The position numbers were made by a program, and so were the translations under genes. 64,000 nucleotides of DNA. It comes from Octopus vulgaris (lineage: Eukaryota). Below, piece by piece: positions 42,371-56,269 of this stretch. The stretch is from assembly GCA_951406725.2 (NCBI GenBank), contig OX597822.1:10416001-10480000 (forward strand), given 5' to 3'. The stretch's first letter is position 1; the number at the start of each line of letters is the position of its first letter. The notes under the pieces were generated by a model. It was not told the origin of the DNA. It did not search any database and was given only the letters and a program-made list of their open reading frames with translations.

Positions 42371-42875
42371 TTAGTTGAATAAATCGATCCCAGTACTTAA
42401 CGTTTTCTCCCCATTATAGCGGAAAATCAGGACTCTCTGTTGAGTAATTTGAGGGAGACGTGTCCGCTATTTCCAGAGGTCAAATACTTGAAAACGTACA
42501 GGTTCCCTCCTTCGTTCGCTGGTCGTGGTGGAGGTGTATGGAAGCGGTGTCGCAAGGTTGTAGACATTGATGGTAATGGCGGCAATAATGGATGAGAGCT
42601 AGATCACGTGGACACAGTTAATAGCCGTGAGTTGGATGGCGTTAGTATTGGTGGCAACGGTGATGATATTACAGTTGAAGGTGGAGGAGAGAAATGAGAG
42701 GTGGTGGTGGTGGTTGTGGTGGCTGGAAAGCGAAGGTGATTGGATGTCGGCCGAAGGTGAACAGCCATAAAGAAACGAAAGTAGATGTCAGCCGACAGTA
42801 AAGACAACGACCTATCATAAAAGTGTCGCAATGACTAACAACAACAACAAGAACAACAGCAACATTAGGCAACAT

Positions 42876-42922
<47 letters not shown>

Positions 42923-43128
42923 ACAACAACAATAATAATGACCATGAAGATGACGATGACGACGTTAAAATAATGAAATGGTGTCGAGGACGGCGACGAC
43001 GTGGACAAGAATAATGATGATGATGATATCAATAATAAAGAGAAAAGCAAAAGAGCACAAAATGAGGTAGCGGAGAGAGGGGAAGCAGGGGGGGGGGCAA
43101 AGAGAGAGAGAGAGGAGAAAGGCATCGT

Positions 43129-43179
<51 letters not shown>

Positions 43180-43699
43180 GTGCAGGAAAGAAATGCGAGA
43201 TGTGAGAGTACGAGGAATATTTAGATGTCTTTCTGTCTGTCTGTCTCATTGTCTGTCTGTGTGTATATATCTCTCTTTCTCTCTGAACATTGGAAAAAAT
43301 CGATAAATAGTTCCCTTTTACCGAAACACCTCTAATCCCCCAGTAAAATCATTTTGCTTTGTTCTCTCCCTTTGCGGTTGCTCTTCTCTTTTTTATCATC
43401 TTTACCTATTTTTATTATTATTTCTTATTTTTGTATTATTTTCTCTTTACATATTTATTTTTTTCGGTTTCCTTTATCGCTTCTAATGCTATTTTAACGG
43501 ATTCTGCTTTTCAACATTCCATTTACAAAATGGAGAGTCTTGTGACGACGGTGATGGTGGTGGTGGTGGCTGTGGTGGTAGGGAGAGCAGCCATTGGTCT
43601 AGATCCTGCTGCTATCACTGTTTTGGCCATTACCTTTCTGCATAGTTGGTGTCGGCGGTGGTGTTCTTTCTTTACATTTTATTGTTGCTATTTTTTGAC

Positions 43700-43912
43700 C
43701 ACAGCTCAACCTATCCGAACGAGGATTCCTATTTATGATCAAAGACGTTCTAGTCAAAGCCATAACGACGCTCATTCATTTCTCTTCCTTTTCAGACATA
43801 GTCTACCTCGGACTACATTATCTAATGTATGCTTCCACTTTTAAGACGTTGGAGTGCGATTTAAAGGAGGATTTACTACTATTTGGGCAGGTTAAGTGAT
43901 CTTAAAGAGACC
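43700..43912 (+). mobile_element. Old dispersed repeat fragment (related pieces near 22540, 42440, 51170, 59570, 62630)
   Basis: Recurring gattt..gggagattt..ctgctattt.tagcagg-like motif in both orientations. Confidence 0.5.
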
Positions 43913-44111
43913 ATGCTCCCTCTCACGGATGATAAATAAGTACAGAACGGTAAGAAGGTTCAACGATATGGACGGTGGAAAACCCTATAAACAGAGGATT
44001 TCGCGAACTTTCATTTGTGCACGTCAATCCCGACCGGGGTGCTGTGGACTGAAATAAGAACAATTCCAATGTTTTGCTGCTTTGAAAATCAGAGAATGAT
44101 TACATAAATAT

Positions 44112-44290
44112 TGATTTCAAATTTTAGCGCAAGGTCAACAGTTCCGAGAAAGAGGTTAAGTTAGTTACATTGACCCCAGTACTGCACTGGTACTTATTTT
44201 ATCGACCTCGAAAGGATAAAAGGCAAAGTCGGCCTCGGCAGAATTTGAACTCGGGACGTGCAGATAGACGATATGCCGCTAAGCATATTG
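44112..44290 (-). mobile_element. SINE family A
   Basis: actggtacttattttatcgacctcgaaaggataaaaggcaaagtcggcctcggcagaatttgaactc. Confidence 0.85.
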
Positions 44291-44351
44291 CAATGACTAC
44301 ATAAATATGAAGTCTCCAGTGGCGTCCCATTGATCCAATATAGTTTAAAGA

Positions 44352-44475
44352 CGGACTGGCCGAGTTGTTAGATTGTTGGACAGAACGCTTTGCAGTCTTT
44401 GTTCCGATTCCGTATGTGCTGAGTTCAAATCCCGCTAAAGTCATATTGAATTTTCATCATTTTGAGATCGATAAC
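44352..44475 (+). mobile_element. SINE family A fragment, diverged
   Basis: ctgagttcaaatcccgctaaagtc...tttcatcattttgagatcgataa. Confidence 0.6.
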
Positions 44476-44854
44476 ACGATCGCCAATCCGAACAGGTGAT
44501 TCATGGAATTGTAAGAAGTCCAGACCGTTGTTTTAAGCATTTGGGCCAGGTCGGCTTTTGGAGGATAACTTCTCACTAATCTTGGAGCTCTTTTAACGGA
44601 TCTTGAACACTGTCACACACTTAAATTCAACTTTTCTGACATCCGACCAATCAATTTTTTTTTTTTCGTTGTAGTCCTTACATTCCTTTTGCAAGTCCTC
44701 TCTGTTAAAAGAGCTTACGCAAGTTTTCTGGTTTGAGAACAACTTCTTTCATGCTTCCACTTGTCTCGAGGGCCCAGAGAAACAAAAGTTAATGGGCGCT
44801 CCTCTTCCTTCATTCACTAAGTGGTATTTTTTTTTTTAACTTCTCATTTTATAG

Positions 44855-45083
44855 GTAGCAGATTCGTTAGGGCATCGAGAAGAATGTATGGTGGAATTAG
44901 GATACGGCTATTTATGTATTGAATTTAATTTCCGCTGAGGTCAATTTCGCACTTCACCCGTCTGGGGAGGGGTGTTTATCACTTGTTAAGTACTATGGCT
45001 GATTTAATTAAATAAGCCTTTTCCTTAGATTCGCGCTTCCCAAACCCCCACAATTGCTGGCCTTGTGCCACAATTTGAAACCA
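44855..45083 (+). mobile_element. SINE family A, diverged
   Basis: gcagattcgttag...ttccgctgaggtcaatttcgc...aattgctggccttgtgccacaatttgaaacc. Confidence 0.65.
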
Positions 45084-45102
45084 ATATATGCATATGTGTG
45101 TG

Positions 45103-45168
<66 letters not shown>

Positions 45169-45188
45169 AGATAGACAGATAGACAGAT

Positions 45189-45317
<129 letters not shown>

Positions 45318-45366
45318 CTACCACCACTATCGCAGCTGCTACTACTGCTACTACCACTACAACTAC

Positions 45367-45397
<31 letters not shown>

Positions 45398-46046
45398 CCA
45401 TCGCTGTCTGTTTCTTCTTTATCGTCACCACAGTCCATGGCACCGCTGACCTCACCATTATCAGCACTACCGTCACCACCATGAAGTCCTTCATTGGGAG
45501 TACATTATCCTCATTGATATCCCAATATCTCACAAGCTTTCTGGCTCGTTCATTTTCCCTTGTACACGTCCCATTATAAGTAAAAGCTAATTATAATTGG
45601 TCTATCGAAATTTTTCTTTTACTGTTTTTTTTTCAATTCAGAGCTATGTGGGGGTAGGGAGTTTGCTAAATTTCCAAGGCTTCTACATTTTATAGAATCT
45701 AAGAAACACTTCCCTCTTCCGTATTTAATTACCAGTCGCTATAAAGTTGTACCAATATGAAAGAATTTATCGTTGCGATATTTTTTCAGAAGCATAACCA
45801 TTTCAAAATATGTAAACTATGGACGAAAAAAAGCTCTCTGCCAAAACCTATTTTATTACCATTTCTATGCGTGTATATGTGTATGAGAATGCGTGTATGT
45901 GTGTAGGAGAATGCGTGTACGCGTCTGTTTGCATGTATGTAAGCGGCTATGTATATATTTATGTATGTATTATGTATATGTGTGTGTATGTATGCATGTG
46001 TGCATGTATATATATATATATATAGATAGTTAGATAGATAGATAAG

Positions 46047-46340
<294 letters not shown>

Positions 46341-46499
46341 ATAGTGTTCTATATGTATGTATATATGTATGTATGATTGCATGTATGTATGTATGTATGT
46401 ATGTATGTATGTATGTATGTATGTATGTATGTATGTATGTATGTATGTGTGTATGTATGTATGTATCTATCTATTTATGTATGTATCTGTATATTATGT

Positions 46500-46675
46500 A
46501 TAGATCGAGAGCCACCACACATTCTCTCCTTCTTTCTTTCTGTGTTCCTTTCTGTGGAAGAGCGTAGGCTCGAAACGTTAAAGACTTTTTCACTTCCAGA
46601 GCGTTATGCTTAATAAATCTGTTTGTTGTCTACACCACCTGTCATCGGGTTTTTTATATTGTGAATTCCCCCCTT
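46500..46675 (+). mobile_element. Short hammerhead-like-motif element (subfamily 2)
   Basis: cttt-CTGTGGA-a-gagc-gtag-gctc-GAAACGT-t-aaag at 46548-46583; ends at (TA)/(TGTA)n. Confidence 0.7.
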
Positions 46676-46863
46676 TGTATATATATATGTATGTATGTAT
46701 GTATGCATGTATGTATGTATGTATGTATGTATGTATGTATGTATGTACGTGCGTATGTATGTATGTATGTATGTATGTATGTATACATACATGTATGTGT
46801 GTGTGCATGTGTGCATGTGTATATACGTGTATTCCTCTATCTATCTACCCACATATCTCTCTG

Positions 46864-46926
<63 letters not shown>

Positions 46927-46940
46927 GTCTATCTGTCTCT

Positions 46941-47057
46941 CTCTGGAAGAGCGTAGGCTCGAAACGTTAAAGACTTTTTCTCTTCAGAGCGTTATACTTA
47001 ATAAATCTGTTTGTTGTCTATACCTATCATCGATTTTTATATGTGAATTCTCCCCTT
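46941..47057 (+). mobile_element. 5'-truncated local duplicate of 46550-46675
   Basis: Shares taataaatctgtttgttgtct and gtgaattc.cccctttg variants with the neighbouring copy. Confidence 0.7.
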
Positions 47058-47549
47058 TGTATATATATATATATATATATATATATGGAAATCAGTCAAC
47101 AAAAACCAACATAAAATTGCCGCCCAGCAAGAATCAAGCTGATAATGCAGAAGCATATAGGCACCAGTGAATCATTTAAGGATATTAAATATGAAGAACT
47201 AAAGGCGATGTATACCTTGATACGTTTGTTATAATAAAAGTCAAAAGTTCAAAGCAGATTCACCATCAGATGTTTTGCGTTTAGTGAATGCAGTATGGAA
47301 CAGGGAAGTTTTAAAAAGCAACAAATTACTGCAGCATTGGGTAGAAATGGAGATACGGTTTATAGATGAGTTTTTCTATTGCTTATATTTCTGATATGCA
47401 CCTAATGCACGAGCAGGGATACACAAATAAACATATACATGCATTCAAGGCCAAGAATATGCATATGTATGCGTGTGCTTGTATGTATGTATGTATGTAT
47501 GTATGTATGTATGTATGTATGTATGTATGTATGTATGTATGAATGCATG

Positions 47550-47609
<60 letters not shown>

Positions 47610-47760
47610 ATTATGTATGCATGTATCCATATACGTGTATATAAGGAAAAAGTGCGTTCCCATATATGTGAGTCCGTACATAGATGCGCATTTATGTACA
47701 ATATACATACAAATCATATATATAGAGAGAAAGAGAGACAGAGATAGGGGAGAAGCATCT

Positions 47761-47819
<59 letters not shown>

Positions 47820-47970
47820 TATATACATATATATATACATATATATACATATATACATTAATAGTATACAATGTAGATGTATGTATAAATATGCGTGTAT
47901 GAGCGCTCGCGAGGGTGTGTGTTTATAAATACATGTATATAGATGTCTCTCTCTCTCTTTCTCTCTCTCG

Positions 47971-48028
<58 letters not shown>

Positions 48029-48540
48029 TGACCATTTTTCATTTCTTTTCTATTCAGAATGTGTTTATACATACGTATATACATACTTACACGCAGGCAT
48101 ACACATATACATGCATACATACGTACAGGCGTACATACATAAATGCATATATACGGTTCATACATGCATACATACTCGTGTACCTATACATAAATATACA
48201 CTTACATACACACGCATACAAATATATTCGTATGTGTACGTATGTATGACATATAATTCTATGCCTGTGAATATATGTATTTCAAAATATATAAATGAAT
48301 AGATAGATATACTTAAACATATGTATGTATTATATGAATGAACGAAACCTGTAATCCTAGATAGCCATTAATAAGACATTTGTAACAGTTATCAGCAGAA
48401 ATAAAATTATAATATAAACCAAAGCCTATTTTCATTTCACTTCCATTCAATTCACATCTACGTTACTCAGATCGGGATACAATTACACATTTTGAATGTA
48501 TGTCCTAATATACTTACCCACACGCACGCACACACACACA

Positions 48541-48650
48541 ACCAACGCACACACACACAACCAACGCACACACACACAACCAACGCACACACACACAACC
48601 AACGCACACACACACAACCAACGCACACACACATAACCAACGCACACACA
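48541..48650. repeat. 19-bp minisatellite (accaacgcacacacacaca) x~6
   Basis: Units start at 48541, 48560, 48579, 48598, 48617, 48636. Confidence 0.9.
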
Positions 48651-49013
48651 TTAACAAATAAAAGCGCGCGCGCGAGCAACCTATTAATTTAAATTCACAG
48701 ATTTATATATCAACTGTGAGAAAAGAGAATGAAGTTGAAACTTCGCTAATTGTTACTCTAAGTGACTTGTAGCCGATTTGCGGACGATTATAGACGTATG
48801 AAACATAAAAATCTAGTAGACAATAATTAGTTATGGAAACGGCTCAGGGTTTTATAAACTTGAAAGATTCACTTGGCAGGAGAACCAAATTCATATGTTC
48901 ACAGTTATTTACTAGGAAAGCGCAGACAACCTTCAAGTGACAGTTGCAGTATGTATATATATATATATATATATACACATACATACATACATACATATAT
49001 ATATTTATATATA

Positions 49014-49195
49014 GGAGAGTTTACGAAAAAAACATAAGACGAAGGCAGGTGGTGTACAAAACAAACATATATATTAGTATAATGCTCAGGAATAGAAAAG
49101 GTATTTTACGTTTCGAGCCTAAGCTCTTCTGCAGAAAGGGACGTAGAAAAAACAAGGAGAGAGAAAATGTGTGTAGTGGCTAACGATCTATCATG
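49014..49195 (-). mobile_element. Short hammerhead-like-motif element (subfamily 2)
   Basis: Minus strand cttt-CTGCAGA-a-gagc-ttag-gctc-GAAACGT-a-aaat (49103-49138); 5' catgatagatcg as in the 62260 copy; (TA)n at the 3' end. Confidence 0.7.
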
Positions 49196-49263
49196 TTTGG
49201 AAAGCAAGCATTTTACCACACAGCCACCCTATGTATATATATATATATATCCTTATTTGTTGA

Positions 49264-49737
49264 CTCTTTTACATGTTTCAGCCATTTGACTGCGGCCATA
49301 CTGGAGCAACAGCTTGGAGGGATTTAAGTAGAAGAAATCGATCCCAGGGCTTATAGCTTAAGCCTAGTACTTATTCTATCGTATTGTTTTGCCGAATCTC
49401 TAAGTTAAAGGGACACAAGGACGTAAACACAGTAACACCGGTTGTGGTGATGGAGTGGACAAACACAGGCACAAAGATATACACATACTCACTTTCACAC
49501 ACACACACGCACATACACACACACTCACATACACGCACGCATACACACACGCACGCAGACACACACACACACACATATATATGACAGGCTTCTTTCAGTT
49601 TCGGTCTATCAAACCTCCTCACAAGGCTTTGGTCGGCACAAGGCTATAGTAGAAGACACTTACCCAATGTTGCACGCTGTGAGACTGAACCCGGAACCAT
49701 ATGTTTGCGAAGCAAGCTTCTTACCACACAGCCACGC
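49264..49737 (-). mobile_element. SINE family C
   Basis: catttgactgcggcc...ggcttctttcagtttc...ttaccacacagccac. Confidence 0.85.
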
Positions 49738-49768
<31 letters not shown>

Positions 49769-49997
49769 CACACACACACATGTGTATATATGTATACATA
49801 GATACATATATATATTCATATATATGTATACATATATATATATATGCATACATATATGTATATACGTTATATATTTACATATATATATGTATGTATACAC
49901 ACACACACGCACACACCCACACACATATGATTATATGTACTTGTCAGCATTACCTATCTTCTATTTAACTATATTCTCCACCGTAATTTTGTATGAT

Positions 49998-50212
49998 ATT
50001 GGTTTCGAATTTTGGCTCAAGGACAGGACTTTTGGGAGATGGGTGAATCGATTAGATCGACCTTAGTGCACAACTGGTACTTAATTTATCAACCCTGACA
50101 GGATGAAATGCACAGTCGACCTTGGTGGAATGTGAACTCAGAACTAAAGCCGGAACGAAGTGCCGCTAAACACTTCGTCCGGAGAGCTAACGATTCAACC
50201 AACTCACCGCCT
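49998..50212 (-). mobile_element. SINE family A
   Basis: actggtacttaatttatcaaccc...gaactcagaac...aactcaccgcc. Confidence 0.8.
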
Positions 50213-51544
50213 TAATACTTGTGTATAAGCACATCTATTAGCATACTTTAAAGTACCATGTCCGACGCACCTGTGTTTCTGGCAGCAGTATATTCTTTTA
50301 ATCTAGTCCGGCAGACTAGATTAAAGGCGGATTGTGATAATAATTATTACTCACAATATCAGAGAAGCAAACAAGATAATTTGAATCCTCTTATTCAGGC
50401 TGAGTCTGAATGAAGTTTCGTATAGGTTTACAAATAAGATTTTTAACAGTTTAAAGTCAGCTCAAGGAATGAATCCGATAACATTTATACTGAAATGTAA
50501 TTTTTCAGGATCCATCCATCCAACTTTTCCACCTGCAATCCCTTTGAAAGTTGTTGGGATTGAGTTCTCAGTCATCTCCTTAATAGGAAATAACTGCCAT
50601 TCCATTTTCCATCTGGACCCCAGTGAGATTATTAATGTATTATCCAACTGTCTCGTCATTAGGTCTCCTACTGGTTGGCTCGGCTTCAAGAATCCGTCAT
50701 GCGATTCTTTCTAGCGACATCCTTATCACATGTCTATCTCAAAAACTGTAATCTCTCAACGTTGAGAAATAAAGGCTCTGCTTAGAGAGACTCCTTGATC
50801 CCCAAGCTATGCTTACTATCGAGTAACGTTACTCCAGAGGTCCTTCCAACGAGCACTATTTTAGTCGCTTGCATACGCGATCTCACTCTTCAGGACATCA
50901 CCCGACGGTCATAAGCAAAATCATGAAAAGCAAAAAAGAATGAGAAATATTTTATAAGTAGAGTATTTGTAAGCGGCGTTTCATCTGTCTCTACGTTCTG
51001 TGGGTCCTTTGTAATGACTCATAAATAAACACACACTATTATTTATTTGGGGTTACAATGGGGTTACAAGGTATTGAAACAATGAAAGTAGTAGTAATTA
51101 AAATAACAGCAAAAATGGCCAATACAATAGCAGCAATAAAGACAGTAGTAACAATAACAGTAAAGACAGATTGGTCATGGTTGGAACGGATTTTGGTCAA
51201 AAGCTTGATCGATTAGGGACTGATCTGTGATGAAACACCACCAACAACAACGACAAGAATATAACAGAAAAATCGATGACGACAAGAAGAACAAAAAGAA
51301 CACAAGACAATACATAAAAAGAACAGCAAAAAAAAAGGTAATGTCAATGACAATAACAACAATAACAAGACCGACAGCGTTCGTAAGTAAACACAAAGAA
51401 TAAAGATACGAAGACGAAGATGACGCGACAGTAACAACAACAAAAACAATATCATCCCCACTCCCCTTGCACTAGCGTCACTACAACCGAGATCGTTATC
51501 ATTCACAGCAGCATGGACACCACTATCACCACACTTACCATTAC

Positions 51545-51776
51545 CTATTTCTTTATTACCCACAAGGGGCTAAACATAGAGGGGACAAACAAGGACAGAC
51601 AAAGGGATTAAGTCGATTACCTCGACCCCAGTGCGTAACTGGTACTTAATTTATCGACCCCGAAAGGATGAAAGGCAAAGTCGACCTCGGCGGAATTTGA
51701 ACTCAGAACGTAGCGGCAGGCTAAATACTGCTAAGCATTTCGCCCGGCATGCTAACGTCTCTGCCAGCTCACCGCC
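51545..51776 (-). mobile_element. SINE family A, full length, young
   Basis: Near-consensus reverse complement. Confidence 0.93.
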
Positions 51777-51997
51777 TTCTTACCATTACCACCGCCGCCA
51801 ACAACACTAACTCTGCCGCCAACGTCACCTTAAGCCGCAGCCAATATTGAGCTCGATGTACTTGTACTTTCAACATGTTATAACCATACAACATGGAACC
51901 CCTTCTCCCCTATAGCTTTCAAAGCGTTCCACCGATACATACATACATCACACACACACACACACATACATACATATATCCCACCCACCCACATATA

Positions 51998-52142
51998 GGT
52001 GCATGCGTGGCTGTGTGGTAAGGAGTTTGCTTCCCAATCACATGGTTCTGAGTTCAGTCTCACTGCGTGACACCTTGGGCATGTGTCTTCTACTAAAACC
52101 TTGTGAGTAGAGTTTGTAGACGGAAACTGAAAAACACCCATC

Positions 52143-52203
<61 letters not shown>

Positions 52204-52374
52204 GGCGTGTGTGTGTCTTTGTGTCTGTGTTTCTTCCTTCGTCACAGCGGCTCGCTAAAAGAGGCCGATAGAATAAGTACCAGGATTACAAAGAATAAGT
52301 CCTGGGGTCGATGTCTTCGGCTAAAAGTGGTGTTTCAGCATGGCCGCAGTCAAATGACAGAAACAAGTAAAAGA
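51998..52374 (+). mobile_element. SINE family C
   Basis: gtggctgtgtggtaaggagtttgct...accttgggcatg...internal (TA)n...gacagaaacaagtaaaag. Confidence 0.85.
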
Positions 52375-52541
52375 TATATATATATATATATATATATATC
52401 TAAGTAGGTGAATGAATTATCCTAGCATGGAAAATTCGTTTAACCGATACCTGGGTAGCAAATTCACGTCAGAAAACACGGTTGAAGCGACCTGTCAAGG
52501 TTAGAAACTCCGGGTTCTTGTGAGGAAATTTGTATGTTTTT

Positions 52542-52806
52542 TATATATGAATAAATGAAAGAATGGAGTCGAACAAAATTCCTTTACTCTCGACATATAT
52601 TTCGAAGACGGCATACTTTTATTCCGAAGGAATAAAGGGTGCATTATGCAATCTTCTCATCAGGAAAGATAAGGAGCCTCTCTCAGCCACAAGACGAACA
52701 AAACATTTTGATGATTGCCTACATGGTGACCACATATGTCGAGAGTAAAGGAATTTTGTTAACATCTTCGTTCGACTCCATTCTTTCATTTATTCATATA
52801 TATATA
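52542..52806 (-). mobile_element. Penelope-like terminus with inverted arm, next to (TA)n
   Basis: 52542-52598 and 52734-52806 are reverse complements (12-nt indel); contains the hammerhead at 52587-52668. Confidence 0.65.
52587..52668 (-). ncRNA. Type I hammerhead ribozyme, near canonical
   Basis: Minus strand ctttc-CTGATGA-gaaga[43-nt structured loop]tcttc-GAAA-tatat-GTC-gagag; stem I ctttc/gagag, 5-bp stem II, GUC cleavage triplet. The inverted arm reads acatatgtc (palindromic ACATATGT stem III). Confidence 0.7.
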
Positions 52807-52991
52807 TATATATATATATTCATGAATGTATGTACACAGAGTCAATATAACTAAAGAGTGGACAGACAATACAAAAACAATCTATATCTGTATCAGATTC
52901 GGAGAAGCAGTTGAAGCTCTTGTTTCCTTTTGATTAAGGGCGTATGTGTGTATGTGTATACATACATCGTACATGCACGGACACACCACGC

Positions 52992-53029
<38 letters not shown>

Positions 53030-53329
53030 TCTATTTTACAATTAGGCTAGTTTGTTTTGTTTTTTTGGTTTTTGCTCATTTTTTATTTTGCCGCCACGAC
53101 CTCCACCATCATCGCCACCACCACACCATCACCGCATTCGTCAAATATAATCGAATATACTAAGCAAGGCCGTGTTCAGACAGACGTCTGACAACATATT
53201 GTATATACAAGAGAAAACGATACTTTTTATATATCTTTATATAAAAAAGAATGATAAAGAATTGTGAGAGATTCACCTTTTTCACTAAAAGTCTGGTAAA
53301 AACCATCAACCGAATCTAAGCGAAATAAC

Positions 53330-54260
53330 TATAGAATCGCAAACAAGATGCGACTAAACGAAAGAAAATTTAAACTGATGCATTTTGGAAAATACTACTA
53401 TGCTAAAACAACCATATTCTCTTCCTTCAGAGGAACCACTCACAACATCTAATAATATCAGAGACCTAGGAGTAAATGTCACCATTAAACGAAATCTGGT
53501 AAATTTCTTCAAGGGATACCAAATAAGCCACCCATCCTTGGATACAACTCGCTCGTCAAGAACTCATTACTTGATTCTCAACTGGGGTGCCCACATCAAC
53601 AATAAAGTCGAAATAGCGTGTACGATGAGCACCTGGATCCTAAGAACATTCCGGTCCAGGGAACAAGGTTTCATCATTCCTCTTTTCTCCTTCTTTGTAC
53701 GGCCACCCCTAGAATACTGCTGCTCCCTCTGGTCTTCCACGCAAAACAAAACATTTCGAAAACTGAATCACCTCAGAGGGCATTCATTAAGGAAATTAAG
53801 ACCATGACTAATCTCAATTATTGGGACAGCCTTAAAGAATTGAAATCCTATTCTCTCCAGCGCTGCCGTGAGTGAAACATCCTTTGCACATCGTTGATTT
53901 GCACATCAGAATTGCGCAAACGACCTTAACATTACTTCCAGAATTCTTCCAAGGCTAGGACAACGTGCCATACGTCCCCTACAAAATTCAAGATCCCAAC
54001 ACGTAAATATTTATTCCCCTCAACAGGCCCTGCCCTATTTAATATTGTCCTAAAATAAACCAAAGAGTAAAAATGTCCCATCAACGTTAAACGAAATCTG
54101 GAGAAATTTCTTCTAGAGATAACAGTGAAGCCACATATACCTGGATACAATTCGCTCAACAAAAACTCCCAACTTGAATGGGCCATGATACCACAAAACT
54201 TGACGTAAAAAGGATATAACAAATCCTACCAGATGGTGCTATTAATTTAGCCTCGTCCAA
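53330..54260 (+). pseudogene. Decayed CR1/L2/Jockey-group LINE, RT C-terminal region and 3' end
   Basis: NKMRLNERKFKLMHFG, IRDLGV, LNWGAHIN, VRPPLEYCCSLWS, LNYWDSLKELKSYSLQRCRE motifs across frameshifts. Confidence 0.85.
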
Positions 54261-54320
54261 TCATTGGTCAAACATATCTAAATTTATTTGAGTTTATATA
54301 TATATATATGTGTGTGTGTG

Positions 54321-54363
<43 letters not shown>

Positions 54364-54365
<2 letters not shown>

Positions 54366-54497
54366 CTTGTTAACCACATGGTTCTCGTTCAGCTTCACTG
54401 CGTGGCACCTGGCCAGGTGTCTTCTACTATAGCCTCGGCTCACCAAAGCCTTGCAAGTGGGTTTGGTTTACAGAAGCTGAAAGAACGCCTTCACATA

Positions 54498-54533
<36 letters not shown>

Positions 54534-54625
54534 TGTATGTATGTATGTATGTATGTATGTATGTATGTATGTGTGTATATATGTATGTATGTATGTGTAT
54601 GTATGTATGTGTGTATGTATGTATG

Positions 54626-54656
<31 letters not shown>

Positions 54657-54721
54657 TGTATGTATGTATGTATGTATGTATGTATGTTGTATGTATGTAT
54701 GTATGTATGTATGTATGTATG

Positions 54722-54755
<34 letters not shown>

Positions 54756-55310
54756 TGTATGTGTGTATGTATGTATGTATGTATGTATGTATGTATGTAT
54801 GTGTGTATGTATGTATGTATGTATGTATGTATGTATGTATGTATGTATGTGTGTATGTATGTATGTATGTATGTATGTATGTATGTGTGTATGTATGTAT
54901 GTATGTATGTATGTATGTTTGTATGTATGTATGTATGTGTGTATGTATGTATGTATGTATGTATGTATGTATGTATGTATGTATGTATGTATGTATGTAT
55001 GTATGTATGTATGTATGTATGTATGTATGTATGTATGTATGTGTGTATGTATGTATGTATGTATGTATGTATGTATGTATGTATGTGTGTATGTATGTAT
55101 GTATGTATGTATGTATTTGTGTGTCCTCCCATCATCAACAGCCGATGTCGGTGTGTTTACGCCCCCGTAACTTAGCAGCTCGGCAAAGGAAACCGATAGA
55201 ATAAGTTCTAGGCTTACAAAGAATAAGTCCTGAGGTTGATCTGTTCGACTGAAGGCGATGTTTCAGCATAGGCGCAGTCAAATGATTCAAACAAGTAAAA
55301 GAATAAAAGA
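54364..55310 (+). mobile_element. SINE family C split by a ~610-bp (TGTA)n expansion (54505-55114)
   Basis: Head half ends at ctgaaagaacgcc; 3' half resumes tgtcctcccatcatc...gattcaaacaagtaaaagaataaaag. Confidence 0.85.
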
Positions 55311-55313
55311 AGA

Positions 55314-55347
<34 letters not shown>

Positions 55348-56211
55348 ACATATCTGTGAAAGATTAGGAAGAAGACTTGATGCAAGGCTGTGAAGTCCAA
55401 ATATCATGAAACGAGTTATTGTTGGCTGTATGTGTGTCAGAGTGTATGTATATGCTTATGTATGCATTTATGCTAGCATAGACACATGTACAAGTAGTCA
55501 GATGAATTAACATGCAAACATACATGCAGTGAGCCACACACACACACACATGAATACACACATGTGCGTACATGCAAACACACTCATGAATGTACATAAG
55601 GAAATATATGAAATATGTAAGCAGAAGGCAGAGTCTGTCAAAACGTGCTTGTGTGCCGGTTGATAGCAGTGGTGGAAAAGTGCAAGATTAAGTGACCTTT
55701 AGAAATGAGTCAAGATGCCAATTCATGATTTTTTTTCAGGGGAACTGTATCTAACATGGCGCCCATAACTCTGTTCTCTTCTCACTATGTACTCCTACAA
55801 CAACCGGCATCCGAGAATATCCGTCCCCCTTTCTCTATCTCACTCTCTAATCGAATGAAGCAAATAATGTCCCAATCGGTCCACACCAACGATCTGGAAG
55901 TACACACGAACTCTCTCTCTCTGTCTCTCTGTCTCTCTGTCTCTCTCTGTCTCTCTCTCTCTCTCACACACACACACATCCACACACGCACACACACACA
56001 ATCACATATATATATATAACAAAAGGGAGCATCCGCCTTACTATCTTGTATAACTGTCAACCCTGAAGAGTGCACGGTTATATAATCGGACAGACACTTA
56101 ACATCCAATTGGACTCGTCAGTGAGAAACCGATTGGTAAGATCAGCCGTAGTGGGTATATATGTACACTTCGATTAATTCATAATCGTAGTGCATATCAT
56201 ACATAACTATC

Positions 56212-56264
<53 letters not shown>

Positions 56265-56269
<5 letters not shown>

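Noticed and set aside
48541-48650. Regularly spaced repeats as a possible CRISPR array
   Set aside because: No unique spacers; eukaryotic minisatellite; no cas genes.
50380-50720. Possible RT fragment on the minus strand (WKMEWQLFPIKE...TFKGIA)
   Set aside because: Resemblance to RT domain 1 is too weak to call without BLASTx.
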